A stretch of 64,000 nucleotides of DNA from a virus: IMG/VR virus record IMGVR_UViG_3300002854_000227, positions 7,533 to 71,532 of that record. One strand, written 5' to 3'. The notes under the pieces are model-generated. The model was not told the origin of the DNA. It worked only from the letters and a program-made list of their open reading frames with translations, and did not search any database. Positions 1-9,283 of this stretch are shown one piece after another. The position numbers and the translations under genes were made by a program. The first letter of the stretch is position 1. Each line of letters begins with the position of its first letter.

Positions 1-2
1 GG

Positions 3-320
3 GCGACGATTAGTCGGCACGAGCCGGTTAAGGATCCGGTGACCAAGGAGACGAAGCAGGTGTTGCAGCCGGTGTACGAGGACGAGCCCTGTAAGCTTTC
101 GCAGACCGGTCTTCCGCGTAATGGCCAGACGGAGGCGCAGAATGATGTCCGGTACGACGCGAAGCTGTTTATTGCGCCGGAGCTCGTCATCAAGCAGGGC
201 GATGTCATCGCCTTGACACGGGCGGCTTCCGGACAAGTGGAGACGTTTTCGGCGGGCAAGCCGTTCCCGCCGTATTCGTCGCATCAGGAAATCTACCTGA
301 CAGCCAAGGGGTGGGCGTGA
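3..320 (+). CDS. Phage head-closure/neck protein (5' end probably outside window)
   Basis: Frame of ORF 39..320 is open back to base 3; position before gp10-like gene; C-terminal YSSHQEI motif typical of this family. Confidence 0.65.
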   Translation, partial: ATISRHEPVKDPVTKETKQVLQPVYEDEPCKLSQTGLPRNGQTEAQNDVRYDAKLFIAPELVIKQGDVIALTRAASGQVETFSAGKPFPPYSSHQEIYLTAKGWA

Positions 321-688
321 TGGAAGTCATTTTTACGGAGGAGCAGTTACGAGAGAAATGCGCTAAGTGGCAACGTATCCTCCGGCTGCAGGATTGGAAT
401 GTGAGAACATCGATCGTGCGGGAAAGGGACATGAGGACAAGCGGTGGCAATGCAGAGATCAGTGTTAACATCCAGCATCGACTCGCAGACCTTCGTCTTC
501 TCGACCCGATCGATTTCAACCCTAATGACCATAACCCGCAGGACATGGAACAACATCTCGTCCATGAGTTGCTGCATATTCATCTCTGGCCGTTCACGGA
601 AGAGTTGAACGGTCCACTGGCTGATGCGGAGGAGCAGGCCATTAACATGATCGCAGGCGCGCTTATTAGGTTGCATCGACATGGCTAA
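317..688 (+). CDS. Small HExxH (zincin/SprT-like) protein
   Basis: LVHELLHIHL motif plus downstream EEQA; GTGA overlap with upstream stop. Confidence 0.6.
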   Translation: MMEVIFTEEQLREKCAKWQRILRLQDWNVRTSIVRERDMRTSGGNAEISVNIQHRLADLRLLDPIDFNPNDHNPQDMEQHLVHELLHIHLWPFTEELNGPLADAEEQAINMIAGALIRLHRHG

Positions 689-1172
689 CCTGGGCAGCTT
701 CGATTTTTCCGAGCTGGTGAAATTCCGCGACAAGATAGTAGACATGCAGAGGCACTTTCCCGATTTTATGCGGAAGTGCCTTTTCCGTTTGGCCAGCGAG
801 CTGATGGAGGAGGTCATTCCGCGGACGCCATCCAGCAACGGGAGTTTGCGCCGCGGTTGGACGCTCGGGGAGTTGCGCACAGCGGGAGTCGAGTATGAGA
901 TTGAGGTCCATAACACCGAAGAGTATTCCTTCTATATCGAGAACGGGTTCGCTGCTCACTGGGTTCCGGGGAAATGGGTGGGCAATACCTTCTATTATAT
1001 TCCGAACTACAGTCCGCCAAAGGGAGAGCCAGCAGGAATGTACGCCGGGCCGAGAGACGGCTGGGTCGAGGGCAAGTTTATGCTCTTGATCTCTAGCGAG
1101 TTGCTCGAGCGGAGGATACCGGTGATCATGGAGCGAGAAATGAAGCGATTTATCGATCGGTTTATGAGGTGA
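681..1172 (+). CDS. HK97 gp10-like tail completion protein
   Basis: P..SNGSLRRGW and N..EYS.YIENG motifs; synteny. Confidence 0.8.
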   Translation: MANLGSFDFSELVKFRDKIVDMQRHFPDFMRKCLFRLASELMEEVIPRTPSSNGSLRRGWTLGELRTAGVEYEIEVHNTEEYSFYIENGFAAHWVPGKWVGNTFYYIPNYSPPKGEPAGMYAGPRDGWVEGKFMLLISSELLERRIPVIMEREMKRFIDRFMR

Positions 1173-1615
1173 TGCCAGTGGCGCAAGTCAGTTTTAACTC
1201 GGTCCGATACGCGGTTCACTCCGCTCTTGATGACACTTTCCCCGACATCCCGATCTCTGGCGAAGAGATCCCGCAAGGGCTTGAGGCACCGTATTTCTAT
1301 GTACGACTTCTGGAACCAGGACACACGAGGGAACTAGGGCGCCGATTTAAGCGCCGGCACCCGTTCGTCATTCGTTATTTTGCCGTTAATCGTGAGAATG
1401 AAGCGATGTACACCATGGCCGAGCAACTCACCGCGGCGCTGGCGTCGATTACGGCCGGCGGCCGTCCCTGCGCCGGACAAGACATTCGATTCCAGATCGA
1501 GAACGAAGTGCTCTACTTCTGGGTCACATATTCGCTGTACGTGTGGGCGCCGCGGCCGGGTGACCCGGCGATGGAGACGCTCGAGCAGCATGGAGGGATT
1601 AAGCATGAGCCGTAA
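1169..1615 (+). CDS. Tail terminator-like protein (DUF6838-type)
   Basis: EEIPQG...PYFYV motif; lies upstream of sheath gene. Confidence 0.65.
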   Translation: MMPVAQVSFNSVRYAVHSALDDTFPDIPISGEEIPQGLEAPYFYVRLLEPGHTRELGRRFKRRHPFVIRYFAVNRENEAMYTMAEQLTAALASITAGGRPCAGQDIRFQIENEVLYFWVTYSLYVWAPRPGDPAMETLEQHGGIKHEP

Positions 1616-1793
1616 AGCGGACGATGCCGGCACGCAGCCGGCGAAACATAGCAAGGACAATCTGCTGCAATCCAAGCGGTTTACGCCGCAGCAGAAGGAC
1701 TATCTGCGGGCGTTGCTGCAGGACGGCGAGACGTATTCGGTCGCCGAAGCCGCGCAACTGCTCGACAATTATTTGAAGCAGGAGGCGAAGTAA
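1605..1793 (+). CDS. Small conserved phage protein preceding tail sheath (62 aa)
   Basis: GGAGGG RBS then ATG at 1605; LLQSKRF...ALL.DGETYS motif seen before XkdK genes. Confidence 0.65.
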   Translation: MSRKADDAGTQPAKHSKDNLLQSKRFTPQQKDYLRALLQDGETYSVAEAAQLLDNYLKQEAK

Positions 1794-1796
1794 GCG

Positions 1797-3113
1797 ATGG
1801 CCGGTGGAAACTGGACTGTACAAAATAAAGTGCGCCCGGGCGTTTACACGAACATCGTGACCGCACCGAAGGCGTTGGGCACGCTGGGCGAGCGCGGCAT
1901 CGTGTCGATCCCGTTGTTACTGCCTTGGGGCGAACCGAAGGTAATCACGACGATCGAAGCCGGCGAGGACACGATGCCCAAGCTGGGCTATCCGATCACG
2001 GATTCGGCTCTACTGCTCGTGCGTGAAGCGTTGAAGCGCGCCCAGAAACTGCTTCTCTACCGCGTGAACGCCGGTACCAAGGCTGCCGTCACCAGCGGCA
2101 ACCTGACGGTTACGGCCAAGTGGGGCGGCGTCCGCGGGAACGATCTGACGGTCGTGATCACCGAGAACGTCGACGACGAGGATCTATTCGACGTGAGGGC
2201 GCTCCTGAACGGCGATGAAGTCGACAGCCAGACGGTGGCCAACATTGCGGGGCTCGTCTCGAACGATTGGGTCGTATTCTCGGGGACCGGTGCGCTCGCG
2301 GCAACGGCCGGCGCTCCGCTGGTCGGCGGCGCAAACGGTAGCACAACGAACCAGGACTACCTCGACTACCTGGTCGCGATCGAGCCGCAGGACTTTAACA
2401 CGATCGCGTTGCCGTCGACGGACGTAACGGCGAAGGGAGCATTCACGTCCTTTGCGAAGCGGCTGCGTGACGATGAGGGCAAGAAGATCCAGGTCGTGCT
2501 CGAGAATTACCCGTCCGCCGACTACGAAGGCGTGATTTCCGTCAAGAACGGCGTCATCCTGGACGATGGCACGACGCTCACCGCAGCGCAGGCCACGACT
2601 TGGGTGGCCGGCGCGACAGCGGGCGCCAGCGTGAACGAGTCGCTGACGTATGCGGCCTACGAGGGCGCGGTGGACGTGGCAACGCGTTACACGAACAGCC
2701 AAATCATCGCCGCGCTGCAGGCGGGCGAATTCGTGTTTACAGCGAACAATGGCCGGGCGGTCATCGAGCAGGACATTAACTCGCTGACATCGTTCACGCC
2801 ATCGAAGGGAAAATCGTTTGCGAAGAATCGCGTAGTTCGAGTGCTGGATGGGTTGGCTAACGATTACTCCCGGGTATTTTCGCGGTCTTATATTGGTAAG
2901 GTTTCAAACAATGCCGATGGACGAAATCTATTCAGAGCTGAGTGCGTCAACATCACGAACCAGTATCAGAATATCGGTGCTATTCAAAACTTCGATTCAC
3001 AGACCGACATCGAAGTCTCGGCCGGCGACGACGTGGATGCAGTCGAGATCAATCAGTGGGTGCAGCCCGTAGATAGTGCAGAAAAATTCTATTTCAATAT
3101 TACGGTCCAGTAA
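1797..3113 (+). CDS. xkdK: Tail sheath protein (XkdK family)
   Basis: N-terminal GGNWTVQNKVRPGVY and C-terminal KNRVVRVLD motifs; 438 aa. Confidence 0.92.
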   Translation: MAGGNWTVQNKVRPGVYTNIVTAPKALGTLGERGIVSIPLLLPWGEPKVITTIEAGEDTMPKLGYPITDSALLLVREALKRAQKLLLYRVNAGTKAAVTSGNLTVTAKWGGVRGNDLTVVITENVDDEDLFDVRALLNGDEVDSQTVANIAGLVSNDWVVFSGTGALAATAGAPLVGGANGSTTNQDYLDYLVAIEPQDFNTIALPSTDVTAKGAFTSFAKRLRDDEGKKIQVVLENYPSADYEGVISVKNGVILDDGTTLTAAQATTWVAGATAGASVNESLTYAAYEGAVDVATRYTNSQIIAALQAGEFVFTANNGRAVIEQDINSLTSFTPSKGKSFAKNRVVRVLDGLANDYSRVFSRSYIGKVSNNADGRNLFRAECVNITNQYQNIGAIQNFDSQTDIEVSAGDDVDAVEINQWVQPVDSAEKFYFNITVQ

Positions 3114-3126
3114 GGAGGGGTTTAAG

Positions 3127-3594
3127 GTGACTTTTTTTCGTGAGAACGACGCAATTAGCGGCAAACAGGCCCGGGCGATCGCTACAATCGGCGGAAGAGT
3201 AGAAGAACTCTTCTACGCCAAAACCATCGAAGCGACGATTGAGAAGAACAAGGTCGATGTTCCGGTTCTTGGTCGCACGAATACACCGCAGCGCTCGGCC
3301 GGCTGGAAAGGGAGCGGCACACTGACAGTGTATTATGTGACATCGGTATTCCGTCAGCTGATGCGTGATTTCGTCAAAACTGGCAAAGACTTTTGGTTTG
3401 ATCTGCAAATCATCAATGAGGACCCGACTTCTGGGACCGGCAAACAGACTGCCATGCTGCTTAAATGCAACCTCGACAGCGTCATCGCAGCCAAGTTTGA
3501 CGCGTCCAGCGACGACATGCTTGAAGAAGAAATGCCGTTCACGTTCTCGGACTACGATCTGCCGGATTTGTTCAACACAATCTCGGGCGCTTAA
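3127..3594 (+). CDS. xkdM: Tail tube protein (XkdM family)
   Basis: AAGGAGGGG RBS then GTG 3127; DAISGK...EEEMPFTFSD motifs. Confidence 0.9.
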   Translation: MTFFRENDAISGKQARAIATIGGRVEELFYAKTIEATIEKNKVDVPVLGRTNTPQRSAGWKGSGTLTVYYVTSVFRQLMRDFVKTGKDFWFDLQIINEDPTSGTGKQTAMLLKCNLDSVIAAKFDASSDDMLEEEMPFTFSDYDLPDLFNTISGA

Positions 3595-3626
3595 GCGGCG
3601 CCCCTTTATTATAAGGAGCGATTAAG

Positions 3627-4034
3627 ATGAGCTTGCAGGATTTTTTGAACGCGAACCCGGTCGATAACTTGACCGATGAAGTGGTGGTGTCCCCGCGCTT
3701 TAGGGACGCAGAAGGGAAGCCTTTGAAGTTTACCATCCGTGCTATGACTTCTCGGGATTTCGAGGATATTCGCAAAGCGAGTACAGTCATTCGCAAGGGT
3801 CGCAAAGTTGAGTTTGACGCACAAAGTTTTAACATCAAGACAGTCATCAACCATACCGCGGTTCCAGATTTTAAGGATGCCGAAAGCATTCAGAAGCTTG
3901 GCTGCCGCACGCCTGAAGAGTATGTTCAGCGCGTACTGCTTGCAGGTGAAATTACGACGTTGGCCAGCGAGATCCAGAAACTCAGCGGCTTCGACGTTGA
4001 GATGGAAGACTTGGTCGAAGAGGCAAAAAACTGA
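3627..4034 (+). CDS. xkdN: Tail assembly chaperone (XkdN-like)
   Basis: Position between tube and TMP; LLAGE motif; ends EEAKN. Confidence 0.88.
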   Translation: MSLQDFLNANPVDNLTDEVVVSPRFRDAEGKPLKFTIRAMTSRDFEDIRKASTVIRKGRKVEFDAQSFNIKTVINHTAVPDFKDAESIQKLGCRTPEEYVQRVLLAGEITTLASEIQKLSGFDVEMEDLVEEAKN

Positions 4035-4204
4035 TAGAGGAGGGCGACAGCGAGGCGAACTACGCCTACTACGCCCTCCACAAGTTTCATAAATGGCCGA
4101 GTGAATTTCTCGCGCTCTCTCGTGAGGAAAAAGCTTTTGTTATGGCTGCCATCGATGTGAGGATTGATAAGGAAAAAAGAGAGGCGGCAAAAATCCGGAA
4201 GTGA
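4025..4204 (+). CDS. -1 frameshift extension of tail chaperone (gpGT-like)
   Basis: Slippery A AAA AAC at 4025-4031 just before TGA; -1 frame reads LIEEGDSEANYAYYALHKFHKWPSEF...KIRK* with no start of its own for the conserved part. Confidence 0.8.
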   Translation, partial: KKLIEEGDSEANYAYYALHKFHKWPSEFLALSREEKAFVMAAIDVRIDKEKREAAKIRK

Positions 4205-4257
4205 TAGCCTGGACCTCGATTTCTGTGGTAATATGTAGAAAAAAAGGAGGGCGAAAG

Positions 4258-4611
4258 GTGAAGAAGGGATTACTCTGGTGTTTGCTTCTCTCTATCTTGG
4301 TCGTTGGCTGCTCGAAAACTGATTCGAAAGTTAGTGAACTTTCATTAAACGACGTCATTCAAGTCTTCAAAGATAAAGGATTTGAAGTTGATCCAGAAGA
4401 GAAGCCAATGTTTCAAATGATCGGTGCTGATGACGGAGTTATTTTTACAGTGGGCAATTCGCCAGTAAAGATCTATCAGTTTTCATCCGTCAATGACTTA
4501 AAAAAAGCGAAATCTAGCAACGAACTTATAAAGGATTGGCCATCAGTTGGCCGAATCTTGCTTGAATCAAGGAATGACGAAGTACTTCAAATATTTGAGA
4601 GCTTAAAATGA
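4258..4611 (+). CDS. Lipoprotein moron
   Basis: AGGAGG RBS then GTG 4258; KK-hydrophobic-VVGC lipobox; AT-richer than flanks; own terminator. Confidence 0.75.
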   Translation: MKKGLLWCLLLSILVVGCSKTDSKVSELSLNDVIQVFKDKGFEVDPEEKPMFQMIGADDGVIFTVGNSPVKIYQFSSVNDLKKAKSSNELIKDWPSVGRILLESRNDEVLQIFESLK

Positions 4612-4622
4612 CTTTGACAATT

Positions 4623-4646
4623 AAAGCACCCTTCGGGGTGCTTTTT
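4623..4646 (+). terminator. Intrinsic terminator
   Basis: AAAGCACCC-TTC-GGGGTGCTTTTT hairpin with T tract. Confidence 0.8.
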
Positions 4647-4670
4647 GCTTTTCACATGGAGGTGAGATAA

Positions 4671-6860
4671 GTGCCTACGATATCTACAACTCTACGGATG
4701 ATGGACCGGTTTGCGCAGCCGCTTCAACGTGTGACCAACCAGGTTAACACAGCGATTACTGCGCTGGAGAGAATGAGACGCTTAATTGAACGGCCAGCGA
4801 GGATGAACCTTAATATCAATACAGCAGCGATCAATGCACGGCTTGCCAGCATTCATGTCGCTCCGATCAATGTATTGGTGCGTCTGAAAACGTCCCAAGT
4901 GTTAGCTCAGGCTACGGCTTTGAGGGCTCAGATCATAAGTCGGATTGGCACGATAACCGCTACAGTAAACCTTTCCAGCAACATAACATCCTTATTAAGT
5001 CAGCTTATCACATTGGTCAGACAACTATCAGAGGCCGTGCGCGACATCCGTCCTCCTTCTGGTGGAGGCGGGGGAGGGTCGGCTGGCGGAGCCGGAAGCT
5101 CAGGTGCTAGCTGGTTTGGTGGAATGGGGAAACTGGCTGCTGGATACTTATCGTTATCTGGCCTGAAATCAGCGATGCAAATCAGTGACGAGTACGTTAA
5201 CACTAAGGCGCGGTTAGACCTGATTAACGACGGCCTCCAGACGACGGACGAGCTCCAATCTAAGATATTTGCCGCAGCTGATCGAGCGCGAGGCAGCTAT
5301 GCCGACATGGCCGGCGTTATTGGCCGTATGGGTACACTAGCATCTGAGTCCTTTAAGAGTAACGATGAGTTGATCGCTTTCAGCGAACTCATGCAAAAAT
5401 CTTTTCGTGTCGGCGGCAGCTCGACTATGGAACAACAAGCAGGTATGTATCAGCTAAGCCAAGCGATGGCCGCCGGGAAGCTGCAGGGTGACGAATTTCG
5501 GAGCATTATGGAGAATGCACCTATGCTCGCCGCCGCAATTGCTGATTTTACCGGCAAGAGCAAAGGTGAACTCAAAACGATGTCAGCAGAAGGGACGATC
5601 ACGGCCGACATCATCAAAGGTGCGATGTTCGCCGCGGCCGACGACATTAACAATAAATTTGCGACAATGCCACGGACATTCGGTGACATCTGGAACGAGG
5701 CTAAGAACACGGCGCTTCAATCGTTCGGGCCAATCATCGAGAGGGTTAATGGCTTTCTTAACAGCGATGAAGGAGTGCGCTTTGGGAACAATTTGAGCCA
5801 AGCTATTCAGCAGGCTGCCGTTGCGACTGACATGCTTTTAACGGCGATGTTCAGCGTTTATAATTTTTTCTCGTCGAACTGGTCGACCATAGAGCCGATT
5901 ATCTGGGGGATCACCGGGGCATTTGTTGCATGGAGATTAGCGACACTCTTGCAAGCGGCAGCGCAAGGAATCGCGGCCTTGGCAACGGGCGGCGGGACAC
6001 TCGCGATATTTGCCCAAACGCTGGCGACTCTCGGACTCGCAGCGGCGTGGGGAACGCTCAGCACTGCAATGAAAGCCAACATCTTTATCCTCATCGCCTC
6101 AATCATCATCGGGCTTATTATCTGGCTCGTGAAGCTCTGGCAAACCAACGATCAGTTCGCGGCTGCTCTCTATCGCGCCTGGAACGGCATTCTGAACTTC
6201 TTCGACCAGATTCCGATTTTTTTCACGCGAGTCGGGAACGGCATTACAAACGTTTTCCAAGACGCAAAGGTGAAATCTCTGCAGATCATGGAAGCCCTCG
6301 TGAACGGGGTTATTGATGATCTTAATAAGCTCATCAATATGCTTAACAAGATCCCCGGCGTTTCTCTGGACACCGTCAGCCATGTCGAGTTTTCATCGAA
6401 AGCAGCGGCCGAGGCTGAAGCCATCCGACAAGCCGGAGAAGAAACTGTGAAAGCAATGCAAGCAGAAGCAGCCGAGAAAGCGGCTGTTCGTGAGCAGAAA
6501 GTCCAAGACATGTTAAATGACCGCCAAGCGAAGCGTGCGGCAGACGAGGCTGAGAAAGCTAAGAAAGATGCTGAAAAAGGAAATCCTTTTGATTTTAATG
6601 CAGCTATCCCGAATATCGGGAAAGTCGGTGAAGTTGGCAAAATCAATGACACCGTCGATATCAGCAGCGAGGATCTGAAGATGATGCGTGAACTGGCCGA
6701 GATGAAGAACATTCAGAACTTCGTCACGCTTACGCCGCAGGTCAGCTTCGGCGACACGCACGTTCGCCAGGATGGCCGATCGGTAGACGAAATTATCGCC
6801 AACATCAGCGATCAACTGAACGAAGCCATCGCTTCCGGCGCGCAGGGGGTTTATGCGTAA
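4671..6860 (+). CDS. Tape measure protein
   Basis: GGAGGTG RBS; tape_meas domain (SQAMAAGKLQGDEFRSIMENAP); 729 aa. Confidence 0.92.
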   Translation: MPTISTTLRMMDRFAQPLQRVTNQVNTAITALERMRRLIERPARMNLNINTAAINARLASIHVAPINVLVRLKTSQVLAQATALRAQIISRIGTITATVNLSSNITSLLSQLITLVRQLSEAVRDIRPPSGGGGGGSAGGAGSSGASWFGGMGKLAAGYLSLSGLKSAMQISDEYVNTKARLDLINDGLQTTDELQSKIFAAADRARGSYADMAGVIGRMGTLASESFKSNDELIAFSELMQKSFRVGGSSTMEQQAGMYQLSQAMAAGKLQGDEFRSIMENAPMLAAAIADFTGKSKGELKTMSAEGTITADIIKGAMFAAADDINNKFATMPRTFGDIWNEAKNTALQSFGPIIERVNGFLNSDEGVRFGNNLSQAIQQAAVATDMLLTAMFSVYNFFSSNWSTIEPIIWGITGAFVAWRLATLLQAAAQGIAALATGGGTLAIFAQTLATLGLAAAWGTLSTAMKANIFILIASIIIGLIIWLVKLWQTNDQFAAALYRAWNGILNFFDQIPIFFTRVGNGITNVFQDAKVKSLQIMEALVNGVIDDLNKLINMLNKIPGVSLDTVSHVEFSSKAAAEAEAIRQAGEETVKAMQAEAAEKAAVREQKVQDMLNDRQAKRAADEAEKAKKDAEKGNPFDFNAAIPNIGKVGEVGKINDTVDISSEDLKMMRELAEMKNIQNFVTLTPQVSFGDTHVRQDGRSVDEIIANISDQLNEAIASGAQGVYA

Positions 6861-7597
6861 TGGCCTACGGCATCTGGCTCTCGTATAACAATCAGCAAGA
6901 AGGTTTCCAACTCCCGGTTAACCCGAGCAGCATCGAGATGAGCGACGGAAGCAAGGGGCAGACATACGACATCGTGGAGCTCGGCGAGATCAACGTGATC
7001 AAGAATCCGAAGCTGACGACGTATCGGTTCAGCAGCATCTTCCCGTCGCCGAATGCTCGTATGTACTACGAAGGCGATCGGTATGTAGATCCTCTTGCGA
7101 GCGCTCCGATTCTTACTTCTGTTCAAACGGATGCGGCCAGCCGAATAAAAGTCAAAACGAATCCTTACGTGGATTACATAACGAGATGGATGGCGACCAA
7201 GCGGCCCATCCGTTTTGTTTTTACTGGGGATACGTTCGATCTTAACGTGGCCGCGAGCATTGAAGCCTTTGATTGGAAGGAAGTCGCCGGGAGCTCAGGT
7301 GATATTGAGTATTCGCTGACGCTGAAAAAGTACGTTTTCTATGCGGCAAGGCGCGTAATCGTTAAGGCCGCGGCCTCCGGCGGAGGCAAGCAGCTTACAA
7401 AAGGAGCGTCTCCTAGAGCGGATGAACGGGAGAAGCCGAAGACATATGCGCTGCGCGCTGGCGACACGCTGTGGAAGGTGGCCAAGAGAGTGCTCGGGAA
7501 CGGCGACAGGTGGCGCGAGATCCAGAAGCTGAACGGGCTGACCGATGCGCAACTTAAGACGCTTGCGATTGGGAAGGTGCTGAAGCTGCCGACGTAG
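6860..7597 (+). CDS. LysM-domain tail protein (XkdP-like)
   Basis: FQLPVNP N-terminus; C-terminal LysM (YALRAGDTLWKVA...IQKLN...L.IGKVLKLP). Confidence 0.85.
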   Translation: MAYGIWLSYNNQQEGFQLPVNPSSIEMSDGSKGQTYDIVELGEINVIKNPKLTTYRFSSIFPSPNARMYYEGDRYVDPLASAPILTSVQTDAASRIKVKTNPYVDYITRWMATKRPIRFVFTGDTFDLNVAASIEAFDWKEVAGSSGDIEYSLTLKKYVFYAARRVIVKAAASGGGKQLTKGASPRADEREKPKTYALRAGDTLWKVAKRVLGNGDRWREIQKLNGLTDAQLKTLAIGKVLKLPT

Positions 7598-7608
7598 GAG
7601 GGATAATC

Positions 7609-8577
7609 GTGATTAAACTGCTCTTGGACAACAAGGACGGCATAGTGTGGGATTTGTCCGGAATCGCTTCGGATATCTCGTGGAAGACGACGCGGATCGG
7701 CCGGCCGGGCAGCCTGGAGTTTACGCTCGTCAGGAACGGCATATTCCAGGCGAAGGATTTCAAAATCAATAACGGCGACGTCATCAGCTTCCGGTACGAT
7801 TCCGTCAACGTCTTTTTTGGCTACGTCTTCAAAATCGCCGAAAGTGACAACGAAGCGGTGAAGATCCTTTGCTACGACCAGATACGGTACCTGCAGAGCA
7901 GCGACACGTACGCCTTCTCCGGCACGACAGCCGCCGATGTCTTGCGGCGGATATCCAGGGATTTCGGGCTGAAGCTCGGCCGGGTAGATGATACCGTATA
8001 TCGGATTCCGACAATGTTGGAGGACAACCAGAAGCTGATCGATATCATTTGTAAGGCGCTCGACCTGACGCTGATCAACTCCGGCCGCAATTACTTTTTG
8101 TTCGACGACTTCGGCACGCTCGCGCTGCGCGCATCTGAGAGCATGCTGCTCGAATTTGTCGTGGGCGATCGCAGCCTCATGACCGGTTACGGAACGGAGC
8201 GCTCGATCGACAGCGACACTTATAACAGGATCAAGCTCTATCGGGATAACAAGAAGTCCGGAAAGCGCGATACGTACATCGCCCAGGACAGCGCGAATAT
8301 CGCGAAGTGGGGCGTGCTGCAGCTCTCACAATCCGTCGACGAGAATATGAATGATGCGCAGATCAGTGATATGCTGAACACGCTTACCACCGTGAAGAAT
8401 CGGGAGACGCGCACGCTAAAGGTCGACGCGCTCGGTGACGTCCGGGTCCGCGCCGGCTGTTATGTGCCCATCATCATCGGTGAGCGCGGGATCAATCAGC
8501 CGTTTTTGGTCGATGACTGCACGCATCGGTTCGACGGCGGCGCCCATACTATGACGTTGGAGCTGAAGGTCTTATGA
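7609..8577 (+). CDS. Baseplate hub protein (XkdQ/YqbQ-like)
   Basis: CYDQIRYL and AKWGVLQ motifs; synteny. Confidence 0.85.
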   Translation: MIKLLLDNKDGIVWDLSGIASDISWKTTRIGRPGSLEFTLVRNGIFQAKDFKINNGDVISFRYDSVNVFFGYVFKIAESDNEAVKILCYDQIRYLQSSDTYAFSGTTAADVLRRISRDFGLKLGRVDDTVYRIPTMLEDNQKLIDIICKALDLTLINSGRNYFLFDDFGTLALRASESMLLEFVVGDRSLMTGYGTERSIDSDTYNRIKLYRDNKKSGKRDTYIAQDSANIAKWGVLQLSQSVDENMNDAQISDMLNTLTTVKNRETRTLKVDALGDVRVRAGCYVPIIIGERGINQPFLVDDCTHRFDGGAHTMTLELKVL

Positions 8578-8885
8578 GCAGCATCGAAAAGCTGATGGGT
8601 GCAATTAAGCAGGCGAGCATAGGCGCGGTGGACGCTTCCGCGCCGGTCGCCGTCCGGATCGGCACGGTGAAGAGCGTATCGCCGCTCGCGGTTACGGTGG
8701 ATCAGCGGTTGACGCTCACGTCGGAGTTTTTACTCCGGACCGCCGCAACGCTGCCGCTGAAGGTGATGATCGGCGGCACTGACTACCCGGTGCGTGAAGA
8801 TCTGCAAGCCGGCGACAGAGTCGTGCTTCTGCGCGCTCAGGGTGGCCAGCAATTCGTCATATTGGATAAGGTGGTGGACGGATGA
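8574..8885 (+). CDS. DUF2577 baseplate spike-like protein
   Basis: IGTVKSVSPL...L..GDRVVLLRAQGGQQF motif. Confidence 0.8.
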   Translation: MSSIEKLMGAIKQASIGAVDASAPVAVRIGTVKSVSPLAVTVDQRLTLTSEFLLRTAATLPLKVMIGGTDYPVREDLQAGDRVVLLRAQGGQQFVILDKVVDG

Positions 8886-9283
8886 TACCTGTTGGCGCAT
8901 CGATCGAGGAAACGGAGACGGAAGAGATCTCGCAGCCCTCTCGCACATATAAGCTGGACTTCGCGCGCGGGCGCGCCGCCGGCATGACGGACGGGTTGGA
9001 CGCGATCAAGCAAACAGTGGTTAAAATCTTGCAGTCTGACCGTTTCTTTCACGAGATTTATTCGTTCGATTACGGTCATGAACTTGGCGCGGTGATCGGC
9101 GGAGCTCCGGCCTTTGTTCGGTCCGAGGTGTCCCGCCGCATCCAGGAAGCGCTGCTGCAGGACGATAGGATAACGGCGATCCAGAACATGCAAGTGACCG
9201 TCGAGGGTGATAGCCTAACGGCGACTTTTCTCGTCGTTTCGACCGAAGGGAGTTTTGAACAAGGGGTGAGCAACGGTGTATGA
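8882..9283 (+). CDS. DUF2634 (XkdS-like) baseplate wedge protein
   Basis: PSRTYKLDF, IYSFDYG.EL, EALLQDDRI motifs. Confidence 0.85.
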   Translation: MIPVGASIEETETEEISQPSRTYKLDFARGRAAGMTDGLDAIKQTVVKILQSDRFFHEIYSFDYGHELGAVIGGAPAFVRSEVSRRIQEALLQDDRITAIQNMQVTVEGDSLTATFLVVSTEGSFEQGVSNGV

